The notes below the pieces were generated by a model. That model searched no databases. It was not told the DNA's origin and saw only the letters and a program-made list of their open reading frames with translations. A program made the position numbers and the translations under genes. DNA of 64,000 nucleotides from Podarcis bocagei (lineage: Eukaryota): the NCBI GenBank assembly GCA_964188305.1, contig OZ076886.1; one strand, given 5' to 3'. How positions within the stretch are numbered: the first letter of the stretch is position 1; every line of letters starts with the position of its first letter. Of the stretch, positions 52,996 through 64,000 are shown piece after piece.

Positions 52996-53899
52996 ATGTT
53001 TTCCAGCAAGTACAATTTAAATATATATAGCAAATGCATATTATCAGCCCCATCCAACCGCATAAATGCAGTGTGGACCAGATCTAAAGGTTACAAATTG
53101 TGTTGCTTAACCCAGAAACATCTGCAGGTGTACCTGTGGGTGAAGGGGCATAGTTCAGACATGTATCAACCCAGTCTCAGATTATAGTTATGTTCCACGG
53201 TAAAAGAAGACTTGAGCAATCAGTCAGATAAAAGAGATTCGATGTTATACTTTGTATCCAAATACTCACACAAGCAGTTCTTGGTCATGATCCACCTAGA
53301 TTCTTTGTAGCAGATGAAGAACACAAACTAAAGCTACTACCACACTGCATGCAGCCCTCCTCACGTCAAGCCCTTCATTCTTACAAAAAACTGTGGGGCG
53401 GTTATTCCGAAGACGCAACTTATCATCGATCAAGTGATTGTGAAATCGAGAAACTACCTTTAAAAAGTTACATGAGCAGCTGGCTTGTACAGAGCAGTCA
53501 CTCGACACTTTCTCCTTTTGTTCTGCATTAAGGTACGTGAATATTCCGGCAAGGAACGTTTCGCTCTTAAGGGTGCCACCAGGGCTCCGAACCCACGCCA
53601 TTCACAAGCCTCCCAAGCAGGAAAACACTAAGGTCTGCCATGAAGCCAAAACCGGATATCAAATCAAGCCTGAACAATAATAATAAGAGTGCTACTGCTC
53701 AAAGCACTTCCCCATTAGTCACTCGCTAATAGAGAAGCCGCGACTGCGACTTAAGGAGCCGGTCAGGAAACGGAGCCTTAAAGGTCTGGGTCAGGGTTAG
53801 GAAGTAGAAACCCTCCCAGGCAGGCTCCGAAAGCCGTGTGAGTCGTCTAGCAGCAAGAAAACCCAGCGCTCCTCATTAGACACATCTAAACACGCACAC

Positions 53900-54440
53900 C
53901 CCTCCCTGCCTTTGCTGGTGGCGCTCACTCGCCTCGCGCCCCGTCCCAAGGGCCCTTCCAGGCACAAGACGGGCGTCAGCGCCGGCATGTTGGGGTCCTC
54001 CGCGCAGTCCGGGCGCTGCCCCCACCCGACCCCACCCGGACGCGGCCGGGCCTCCCTCACCGTTGCTGTACGGCTGCTGCTGCTGCGGCTGCCCAGCCCC
54101 GTTCTGGCTGCTGTAGGCGGCGGGTCTCCCTGGCTGGGCCATGGTGGTGGCGGCGGCGGCAGCGGCGGCGGCAGGAGGGTCGTCGGTGCGCGGGCTCCCG
54201 TGACTGCGCGCCCGGCCCCAGCGCCAAGCCCAGAGTGGGAGGGCGGGGAGGCGCTCACCCTCCTCACACCGGAAGGGACCGGACGCAGCCGCGCAAGCGC
54301 ACTCCGTACACGTGGCACTTCCGGGGACAGAGTGAGCGAGAGGGGTCGTGGGCGGGGCTTATGGCTGAAGAGCAGCGGCCCGGGAGAGATGGAGGCGGGG
54401 GTGCTTAAAGGGACAGGACGGCGAGCGCGCTGCCCCGGAC
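53900..54440. promoter_or_regulatory. SEC24A CpG-island promoter
   Basis: GC boxes at 54241 and 54350; ETS CACTTCCGG 54316-24; CACGTGGCA 54309-17. Confidence 0.85.
54061..54142 (-). CDS. SEC24A: SEC24A exon 1 coding part (COPII cargo adaptor)
   Basis: GCCGCCACCACCATGG Kozak; MAQPGRPAAYSSQNGAGQPQQQQPYSN G|gtgag; phase fits exon 2. Confidence 0.93.
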
Positions 54441-54462
54441 TTTTGCTTGTTCTTCTATTCTA

Positions 54463-54580
54463 GCCCTCCAGATGTTTTTGGCCTACAACTACCATGATCC
54501 CTAGCTAGCAGGACCAGTGGTCAGGGATGATGGGAATTGTAGTCTCAAAACATCTGGAGAGCCGAGGTTGAGGAAGCCTG
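54463..54580. mobile_element. Short palindromic MITE (hAT-like), left end truncated
   Basis: CTCCAGATGTTTT...AAAACATCTGGAG. Confidence 0.75.
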
Positions 54581-55457
54581 TGTATTCTGTATCAGTTCGT
54601 TGCAACCGAGCTCGCCAGTGTCTATTTTCAATGCAAGACCTGGCCCACAGTAATTCTGCGCGACGAACAAATATTAGGGTATCTCTGAGGATGTGCAGAG
54701 TGAGCTTTCTTCGCCGTCGAATAACCACCACCAGCCAGACCCAGCGTTTTTGGGCTTGGGCCGTGTGCGGGGTGGGGGTGTTCTTGTTGCTGCTTGTTTT
54801 ATAGACACTGGTGTTTGAATGTACTGTATTTCTTTTAGATAGTTATCTAAATGTTGAGGGTATGGTTGCTTATGAGTTATTTTGCATTCTGCAGGCAAAA
54901 CGGTCACTTCCAAATCATTCTACATTATCTTTTAAGAAACCTTTAGATCGTGTGGACATAACTACTTACTCCCTGTTACATACACTATATTATTTTGGGA
55001 GTGCAGGCTTTGGGACCTGCCTGTTGGTATAAGTTGAAATGTTCATTATACAGAATCGTCAATGAGTTAAAAGTTATTTTCTCCCCTCCAGTGAGCTGAA
55101 ACAAAGTTGAAAACTTTTTTCAGGCCACTCCTCATATAGCGGCACCAACATGACAGTGATAGGTTCCCCCATCAGCCAGAGGATTCAGGTTTTCAGATAT
55201 AAGGGCACTCCACCACATTCTACTCTTTTTTTGCTGAAAAATAAATAAATATAAACAAGCATGTCAAAAGTGCTATCAAGTGGCTTTTATTTTCATTATA
55301 TTTAAAAAGGAAACCAAGATACTACACATCTGTGGTCTTTTTTTAACCAATTGATTAATCATATCATTTGTTGAAAGAATTCAACCACTATGATGTATTT
55401 AAACATGTGCCTCAATCTAGTATTTCTATTATAAATTAACATAAATCATTATAATAG

Positions 55458-55524
55458 TTTCAGGTAGGTAGCCGTGTTGGTCTGACGCAGTCAATATATA
55501 TATATATCACACTTCTTCAGATAC
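55458..55524. mobile_element. Penelope-like element remnant
   Basis: CAGGTAGGTAGCCGTGTTGGTCTG...CACACTTCTTCAGATAC resembles squamate Penelope terminal sequence, internally deleted (from recall). Confidence 0.55.
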
Positions 55525-55533
55525 CTAGTAGTG

Positions 55534-56019
55534 TTAATGCATTAGTTCCTTCCTCAGAGTCATGGCATTACACAGAAAAGTATAAAAGCTTTTTATGTCT
55601 TCATCAAATAATGACTGCCACCCATTATCTTCTTGTAAAGTAATGTCAGCCTTCACTTCTACAATGATGTGAATTCTCCACTCTCTTCTAATATATGTAT
55701 CAATAGAAGTATAATAAGCATGGTGCCAAGTCTGTTTATTTTCCTGTCTGGGAAATACTTTTTCAGGGAGGGTGGTTTCTAGTAATATTTTGTTTTCTGG
55801 AGAAAGTACAGTGGTAGGGAACCTCTGCATCAGCAGGATTTGACTTGGAAGACCATTTTCACACCAACCTGCTCTACATCTCAATTGTGGGCTCAAAGCA
55901 ATTTTGCAGGCTCTGCTAATCAAATGTACCTCAGTGTTTGCCAAATCCTTGTGCCTATAATAATTGTGGTTTGATTTATAATTTAAATGCAATAGATACA
56001 TTTGTGCTGCGTTTCCCTC
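55534..56019 (-). CDS. Candidate terminal coding exon of an unidentified gene
   Basis: tgctaac-cgttgtttc-tag|GAG acceptor; 161 open codons in AT-rich DNA; TAA; AATAAA at 55286-55291. Confidence 0.5.
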   Translation of the reverse strand, partial: EGNAAQMYLLHLNYKSNHNYYRHKDLANTEVHLISRACKIALSPQLRCRAGWCENGLPSQILLMQRFPTTVLSPENKILLETTLPEKVFPRQENKQTWHHAYYTSIDTYIRREWRIHIIVEVKADITLQEDNGWQSLFDEDIKSFYTFLCNAMTLRKELMH

Positions 56020-56183
56020 CTAGAAACAACGGTTAGCAGTTGGGAGGATGACAGTCCATGGACTCTACAGTATTCCAGCCCAGCCTCCTTTTTATAGATA
56101 TATGGAATGGAATGTAAATGCACTCCATGTTTTGCATCTGCCATCCAAATTGTGATTTAAGCCAGTTTGAAGGTAAGCATATA

Positions 56184-56442
56184 CAGTGGACACTCAGGTT
56201 GCAAATGTGATCCGTGTGGGATGCATGTTTGCAACCTGCAGCGTTCGCAACCCGCAGCCGTGCGCCTGCGCACATGAGTTGCGATTCAGTGCTTCTGCGC
56301 ATGTGCAAAGCACGATTTAGCGCTTCTGCGCATGCGCAACCCCCAAAACCTGGAAGCAACCCGTTTTGGTACTTCCAGGTTTCAGCAGGTCCGTAACCTG
56401 AAAAAACGCAACCTGAAGCGTCTGTAACCCGAGGTATGACTG
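56184..56442. mobile_element. Tc1/mariner-type MITE
   Basis: TA|CAGTGGACACTCAGGTT...AACCCGAGGTATGACTG|TA; shares AACCTGAAGCGTCTGTAACCCGAGGTA with the 3059 copy. Confidence 0.85.
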
Positions 56443-59400
56443 TACATATGTATTGCTACACACTACCCCAATCTCTGAGTGGTGCAAAATTCCAGGGGTT
56501 TCTAGGTGCTTACCCAGGGTTCATGTTTCATTCAGGAAATGAGGGGTAGCAGAGACTGTAGTGTCTTTATGATATATGGTTTATTTACACATATATACAA
56601 CCTGGGACTACAATGGAAAGGTTCTCATCATCACACTCCAAGAGGATCTAGCTTCCTCCATAGCTGCAGCCTTGGATTCAAACAGAAATCCAACATGCTC
56701 TCAAACATGGTTCTGACCCTCTCTCCAACTTGCTGCATTTTACAGACTGCAACATTGCTGCAAAAACCCAATCCTAAAGTCACCTCTAAAACTCTACCTC
56801 AAAACTCTCCTTTGTCTTCCAAACTAAATCTGGGTTGAGGAACAGACCCCTCCCATTTTCTGACTTGCAAAAAGTGCCCTCTGTCTGGCTTTCCTAATGG
56901 CCCATTACCTTCCCTTTGTCTTTGGTTAATGGCTAATCTCCCAGGAGATTTCCTGAAAATAGGAAGCTAGTTTGGTCAGTATTTTAACTTTGCTAAATTT
57001 TGTGTCTGGCAACCAAATTTAACACCCCAAACACTGATTAAATTCTAACACCTATCAGACCCAAGAATTTAGGGGAATCTTGTACCCACAACTCATAACA
57101 CTATTATTACAAAGACAGTAGCAAATAATGACTGTTAGTGCACACTAGAGGCAAAAACATTCCTCTTCTTCCAGGCCTTTTGCTAATAAAACAATCTATG
57201 GCCTTTTAAACTCTGGGGGTTGGTTTTTTATTGTTGCTACTGTTATGTATTTTTGTGGTTTTAATATTTAAAAGGGCCCAGTGATCCTCAGATGAAGGCT
57301 AAATAAATAAATAAAATAAAAGTAGCTCGCTGGTAGGCTTGAATTTATGCAGTTCTTGTGTCAATTTTTTATTTTTTTTTTAGATTAAACTCTGTCACAA
57401 GAAGTAAATTCTCAGCTTCAGAGAGTCCCAATACATCCCTTACCTGGGTGGGGATGGAAAGGGTGGGGTTGGAAAATAGGTTTTACAAGGTAATACCAAA
57501 AGGCAAGGAACACATCCCGCAAGCAGAGAACTGTGATACTATCAAAATGAAATCAACAAGATTCATTCTGGCTTTTACTGTACACCAAAAAGCGTCCTTA
57601 GCAAGTGACTTGTGAAAGAAGACGTTTCCAAGATGCAATCTTTCTATCGTGGAGGAAGGCCACAATCATTTTTTGTGTTTAATGAAGGGAGTGTTTAATG
57701 ACGCGAGAAGAACATGGTTGGTAGATTCCTATGACCGATATCCTGACAATGTTTCTGATGAACGTGGCACATTGGCATGTTGAATTTTCTACAGATGGGC
57801 CGTTCCCCTGACACAAGGCCACACTGACTAAGCTTTATCCCTATCCCATTAATTAGTCAAGTCTTATTTACCTTGTATTTTCAGTTTTTTTTCTGAAAGG
57901 GGAGAAACCAAGCATGAAACTCCAAACCACATTAATTTTACTTATAATTGCCCTGAACAATACAAATGTTACCTAACCCTTTTAAATATTTGCCTAGTAA
58001 AGCATTTTCTAATCACAGAACTATTTTACTTTCTAAAATTATTTGGAATGATATTAGTAGAATGATATAGTTTAGTGCACTCCATTCTTGGCCCCAGTTA
58101 CAAAGTTACATGTAAAGATGCCAACCGCTTGAGTTATTTAATACTTGAGTACAGAAGACATTTGTTGATCAAATACTGAAAACTTAAACTATGCAACAGC
58201 TGAAAGTTAAGGAAATATTATACAACGGGAAGAATCAAGGTAATCAGGCATTCTTTTTCTCATGCTGCAAACAATACTTTGCAAAATAAGACTACCAGAT
58301 TATTTACCAAGACTTCCTGAATGCAGCATTTCAGTGCCCAGATTATGTATTATCTTTACATCCAGCTAATATACCATGCTTACAAAGAAGAACCTAGCAA
58401 TTGGACCTTACTTATATTCACATCCTAACCACAATTCAGCACACAGTTAAGATGATCTAATGAAATCAGTGGGCTTAAGGCTATGATCCTTTGCAGAGTT
58501 GCTAACAATCCCTTTGCACCCTGGAAATCTACCTAATTTGATGTTTGACTGAAGTGTCCCAGGGTGTAAGATTAGCATTCTAAAAAACAATACATGACCA
58601 AAAACAGATATATAATTATATAATGCTAGCAAAATGCTTAACATTTCAACAAGTGAGTCATTTCGAGGAAAGGCTTGTATATTAAAGGGTAGCGGGGCAC
58701 CCCACTTCACCAACTACCTCGCCCCAATGTTGCTTGATATCAGGTAGCATCCCAACAGAGCTAAATGCCCAGTGGCCTCTACCCTCTGCTTTTTTCCCTT
58801 CTTCCCATCTCTCCCCGCCCCGCCCCCCCCCCCCATCTCCAAATGATTGCTTCATGTACCCTGGCAACAACATGCACCCTTCGAGCCTGTTCCTTCAGTC
58901 CAGAGGATCTGAATGAGGAAGGGCTATTGTGTCTGAGCTTTTCAAGTTCTCTGCTCCCTACTGAAAGTCCCATTCTGAGGGCAGCTGAAGCCAGATCATA
59001 ACAGTGTGAGGCAAAGGGATTCCTACTTCCCACACCCTGGCAACAAACATACAAACACATGTGGCAATATCAAAGTCCTTATTGCATAGCATCTGGGGTG
59101 GAGGAGATCCTGAAAGGGAAAGGCACAGACTGTGTGGGACTGCAAACCAGCCATCATCATTGGTTATTTTCTGTACTGCTTTTTGGTCATAACCCCCAAA
59201 GTGATGAACTGATTACTACAAACAAAATATAGCAAAACTACAGTAAATACAAAAGCACAATGCAATAAATATAAAATAAGATAAGATAGCAACAACCCAG
59301 CCATACTAGCAGGGCTCTTGTGAGTTACAGTGGTTTGACAGACCCCAGGTAGCAGGAACACTTTCACCTGCTGCATAACTATTACCTGGGAGTAAACGTA

Positions 59401-59599
59401 ATTTAATTCAACAGGACTAACTTCTGAGTAGACATGGTTAGGCTTGCGCTGCAAAGAACTCAGCGCAAGGCCTAGTGATCTCTAGGACCACCAGATCTAG
59501 TAATATCTCTCCCGTGGTAAATATTGGGGGGGGGGGGCCTTGGAACCGTAAAACACCCAACTATAATAAAAGGGTGAGGAAATAAGGAGTGGGTGCAGC

Positions 59600-60350
59600 C
59601 TGCCTAACAAAGGATCTGAAGGAGTAACCGCGGATTTGGGTTGAAGCCGCAGCCCTCTTTTCTCCAGCGAGACCCCCCTCCCATAAATACTCTTGAGGGG
59701 AAAGGACCCTCTTTCCGAATAGACCCCTTGAAAGCAGCTATAGGGCGATGGTGGCGGTTGTTTTCTGAACGAGAAGCGTCTGGAACAGGAGCAGCCTTCG
59801 TTGGGGGGCGGGATGCTCGAGGGGGACCCAGCCAGAGGCAAAACGCCCCACCAACCATCCCCGATCATCCACAGCAGAAATAGGAGGCGGCGGCTCAACT
59901 ACCGGCGGCGGCGGCTGCCGTAATCCGAGGGGACCCGGAAGGAAGGAGCCGGCGAGGGGCGGAGCGGAGGAGAGGAGAAGAGCCGAGCGGAGCGGCCTCG
60001 GGCTCCTGTGTTGGTGCCGGGCGGAGCTGAAGACGGACTGGCCCGGATCCCAGGCTCTCGGTAGCGGGTGAGTGTCGCTTGGCGGCGGGGCTGCCGGCCG
60101 GGAGGGAAGGTGGTTGGCCAGGGACTGTCTCCCCTTTCTCTCGCCGCCTCTGGCCTGTCCTCCCCACAGAGCCCCGCGACGACTCTCCGGCCCCATAGCC
60201 CCTCTCTGCCCGGTCTGTCCTGCTAGCCATATGCTCCCACCACCTTACCTCTGCTGCCCCCCACCCTGTGCCCAGTCCTCTCTTGCCCGACCCCTTGGCT
60301 CTGCTTGTGCCCTTAGTGCTGTCTCTGATATTTGTTTGCCCCTTCCCGCA
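59600..60350. promoter_or_regulatory. CpG-island promoter, probably of SAR1B
   Basis: CpG-rich; CCGGAAG ETS ~59935; GGGGCGGAG ~59956. Confidence 0.8.
59940..60067 (+). other. SAR1B: Probable non-coding exon 1 of SAR1B (start approximate)
   Basis: Strong donor CGG|gtgagt at 60068; name rests only on conserved SAR1B/SEC24A head-to-head synteny; no SAR1 coding exon in the window. Confidence 0.6.
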
Positions 60351-61393
60351 AAAGATCCCTTCTTTCGCCCCACTGATTCTTTCCCCTTCCCACTAAAATA
60401 ATAACAATAATAAGCTCGTGCTGTTTCTTCCCCTCTCCTTTTGTCACTTGCCCCCAATACCCCCGCACCCTCCCTGTCTCTCGATTGCCTGCCCCCCTCT
60501 TTATTTCTTTATGTTCTTCCCTGTTTTGTTTATGATGGTGGTTTTTATTTATTTATTTTAAAATAGATGTTGGTGGCTCCGTAGTTCATTAGTGCTGTCA
60601 TGCATTTTGCCTAAGTCAAGGACACTTGCAATTTAGAAAGGAAACCAAGTGTTATTAGGTGCCTTGCCCAGTTGTCACATGATGAGTCAGTGCAGGGAGT
60701 ACGAAGGGTGAAACTGGGTTGGTGATTTGACTAGTAGTAACCTTTGCTGCTGTCACATATCAAGTTGCCACTAATGAATCAGTGCTATAGCACACATAGC
60801 GAGCTAAAACATGTGTGGCGGTTTCTGTTTTTTTTCACCCTTGACAACAGTTCTGTGAGGTTGGCCCTTGTCATTTCCATATACGGATGCGGAACTCATA
60901 GTGATTTGCCCAGGTAACCGCCCACATAAACATAAGTCGGGTCAAGCCAAGCGCGCTACCTCTGGACCAAGCTGGCAAGCTGTGCCCATGGCCACACATA
61001 TTCTCACTGAGGACATGATGTTCTCAGATAAGATGTCAGTTGGCAAATTCTTCCAGTTGATAATTATGAAACAAAAGGCTTAATACTGATACATTCTCAG
61101 TGGTGGGAAGCTCAGAAGACACACCACTGGCTGTAAGGGAAGAACTTGGCTTAATTGAAAATTAGAAACTGCTGCCTTGGTGCTGGTGGGCTATTATAGT
61201 GTAGTATATATAGCAGGTTGGGAGAAGGAGAAAGCACACGCCATAATTTTTATAATAACCTTTTTTGTCCCATCAGCTATTTTGTACAGAATTAAATGCA
61301 TACATGAAGTGATAAATAGCCCATAAACTTAGTTTGTTTAATATTTTGTCAGCTCTTCACTGCTGTTTCTGGGGCGTCTGAAGTCACTTAGAG

Positions 61394-61530
61394 TAGGAGT
61401 GATGAACCTGTGGCTTTCCAGATACTACTGTATTAGACTCCAGCTCCCATCAGCCCCAGCCAGTATGATCAATCGTCAGGAATGATGGGAGGAATGATCT
61501 AGCACCATCTGGAGTATCACTGGTTCCTGC
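61394..61530. mobile_element. Short palindromic MITE (hAT-like), degenerate
   Basis: TCCAGAT...CTCCCATCA...TGATGGGAG...CATCTGGA. Confidence 0.65.
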
Positions 61531-64000
61531 AGCTCTACCCTAGAAGCAAATCAAAAGTATTGTTGGATAGCAATCCTAACACTACTTGCACCAGGAAGGA
61601 AATCCCATTGAACTTTGTTTGCTTCTAGCAAATACAATTATAATTTAGCTATTAAGAAGTGCTTCCGTTTGCTTGTTTTCCTACAACTGGTATTAAAACA
61701 TATTTCATTACTCAACCAGCTCATTAAAATGTTTTCATGCTTCTTATGTGGAAGTCAGGCTAGGAGGCTTTTACTGAGGACTGTGTTCCTTTGCTAAAAA
61801 TAATAGGTATGGATATTAAGGTTGTTTAATACAAATTAGTTCCCCCTGAACATGCTTTAACTATAATCACTATAAACTATATTTGTAATCAGGATTTTCG
61901 AGACTCACCCTCCTACTTTTAAATTTGTTTATCAATGAAGTAGGAATGCAGATATCACATTAGTGGACCTGATGTTTGGTGGCAGGAATTTTAGGTGAAT
62001 TAATTTAGAACAAATGAGTAAAAATTTATGTATGTGTCAGAAGTTCAAAAAATGAGTTGTACCAGAAGGCAAACTGAAAAATATTATTCACTGATATAAA
62101 GCTTCATATATTTCTAATATTTAATGTGAAAAAGAAGGCAGGCATTGTGTTACATTGGTAGAAAGTTACAAAGTCTTCAAAGATTAACAACAGCAAAATA
62201 GTATACAAGAAAGAGGTCTGTATTTAAAGAAAACATCAATTACTTGTAGAATGTAATGCATACCAAATCAATATGCTAGTATTTAAATGGACTCTGGAGT
62301 GCACTAAACATTAACCACACGTCTATTTAAAATTGTAAGTCCTGCTGTGGGAATCTGTAAGAAGTTGTTTCTTACTAAGAAGTAATTTTGCAATCTTAGT
62401 CATATGTAGGTCACTGTAGGTCAGGCATGGAAGTTTCACTTTGATTTCCTAACATTTAAGAATCTGATGACATATGTCAGTGTAGATTATTTTGCATTAC
62501 TAACTCTACCTTTTTTGGGTGGAAGGAGCATTAGGTGAAATGGAATGAATCAATAAAAAATGAAATTCATTCAAGGTAAATTGAAACAGTATTGAATTAC
62601 TTTTAGTTGATCACTATTACCACCTCATTATATAATGAATACAGAAGTGCCACCATCTCTCTGATGGTGAATCTAATTGGCATTAAAATCATTGTGTTTA
62701 ATCTGTTATACATATATACCACTACAAAGTGCTATGAAGCGGACTAGCTTTTTAAGAATGTGTAAAAAATAAGAGTTTGCATGGCATGACCTATGTACTT
62801 GCTTAGCTTTAGTAGTAGTGCAACTTCAATAAAGGTTGCTGCTTACATGTTGAAAGGTAGGAATGCAGTTGTGTTAAAAGGTTGAGACAGAGATGATAGA
62901 GACGCAAGGCAGCCAAACAATTGCAACACCACTCCCAAGGTGTCCTTATACTTCTGATTACTCAAAACTAATCAGTGAATGACAGGGGTTGGATTACTAA
63001 ATGATTGCCTTGAGCCTTCTGGTATGTTTCTTCCAAATCTTCCAGCATTGGCCACGGTCTGAAAGTGACAAAACACATTGAGTGCCATACATAGAAAACT
63101 AACACACAAACACACACCTCTACTAGCCCAGCCATATGTTCTTACAAAAGGTCACATACAGTACATAATAGTTATAAAATGTTACTTGAAATGTATATTA
63201 TATGCAACAGTTATTGTGACTCATATTACGCCACAATGTGCAACTTACATACCGTAAATATGTTGTCATATGTGTCATTTAAATCCCTTCTTAGGACTGT
63301 CATAATTCCTTCCCTGAAAATTTAATAATTATTGGGCCTATAATTTGTACCATGTAGGGCATCTTATGGAGGTTTTGTAAGAAGCTTACAATCTGAAAGA
63401 CAGGTCGGATGAGGAGTGGATATATGTTACTGCTTTCAAGAGAGAGACAATCTATTTAATAGTTGGATAACCTTTTAGGTTAATTATTAGTAAGTTCAAA
63501 CTAGGTGTCGTTTGGAAAAGTGTAGAATTGATGTTGCTACTAGAATCCCACCCCATTTCTTGAAGCATATAGGGGCTTCTATCTTCTCCTCAGATATATC
63601 CCCCTCACACAAAAAATACCTCAGGAGCTGAATATATCTTGCCTTGCCATAGGGAGCCATACAACCCTGTAAAGGTTGAAAACAGGCTTGAACACAAAGT
63701 GTATATGAAGTTTTCAGGTAATTTAAAATAAGCCACAAGCACAGGAAATACTTCCCCTATGGAAAATGTGGTTATCCTGAAAGAAAGTGCAGAAGCAGAA
63801 ATAGTCGCTGAAGTATTGGTGTCAGCTGGCAACTTTGTTGTTAAGTTTGAGGCAGGGAAATTGAAATGAAAATTTGTTGGCCAAATGATGCCAGATTATA
63901 TTCATCAATATGAAATAATCATCTTAAAAAGGGGATTTCTGTGACCTTTGTTTTCCCTGCAAATGATGATAAATGTTGGGTTGAAAAGAAACAAATAATG

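Noticed and set aside
53311-53532. AG/GT-bounded plus-strand segment with a ~73-codon frame
   Set aside because: Stop lies just before the donor; composition unremarkable; no link to other exons
55505-55524. CTGAAGA hammerhead-like core on the minus strand in the Penelope remnant (also CTGATGA at ~21248)
   Set aside because: GAAA half and stems are absent, so no intact ribozyme
1-64000. CRISPR arrays, rRNA, intronic snoRNA/miRNA
   Set aside because: Eukaryotic locus with no spaced repeats or recognisable RNA genes; an Infernal/Rfam scan would be needed to exclude small ncRNAs

Overview
Vertebrate genomic DNA, almost certainly from a squamate reptile and probably a lacertid lizard (inferred from Sauria SINEs, a BovB 3' end, L2/CR1 LINEs with (TTA)n tails and TA-flanked MITEs). 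The window is syntenic with human 5q31. On the minus strand it holds the 5' end of DDX46 (exon 1 and part of exon 2), complete CAMLG (4 exons, 292 aa as assembled) and complete SEC24A (23 coding exons, 3291 nt, 1096 aa, all GT-AG and phase-consistent). A plus-strand CpG-island exon near 60 kb is probably non-coding exon 1 of SAR1B, called from synteny. The main unexplained signals are: (1) a 161-residue terminal-exon-like ORF between SEC24A and SAR1B with branch point, acceptor, polyA signal and a weak PD-(D/E)xK-like motif; (2) a phase-consistent spliced plus-strand gene or pseudogene candidate nested in SEC24A intron 1; (3) a +1 frameshift that removes the CAML C-terminal EVP; (4) an open L2 reverse-transcriptase ORF pointing away from the DDX46 promoter; (5) YY1-motif uORFs and a mirror-symmetric CAMLG promoter. 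Gene names rest on my recognition of the protein sequences; no database search was run.
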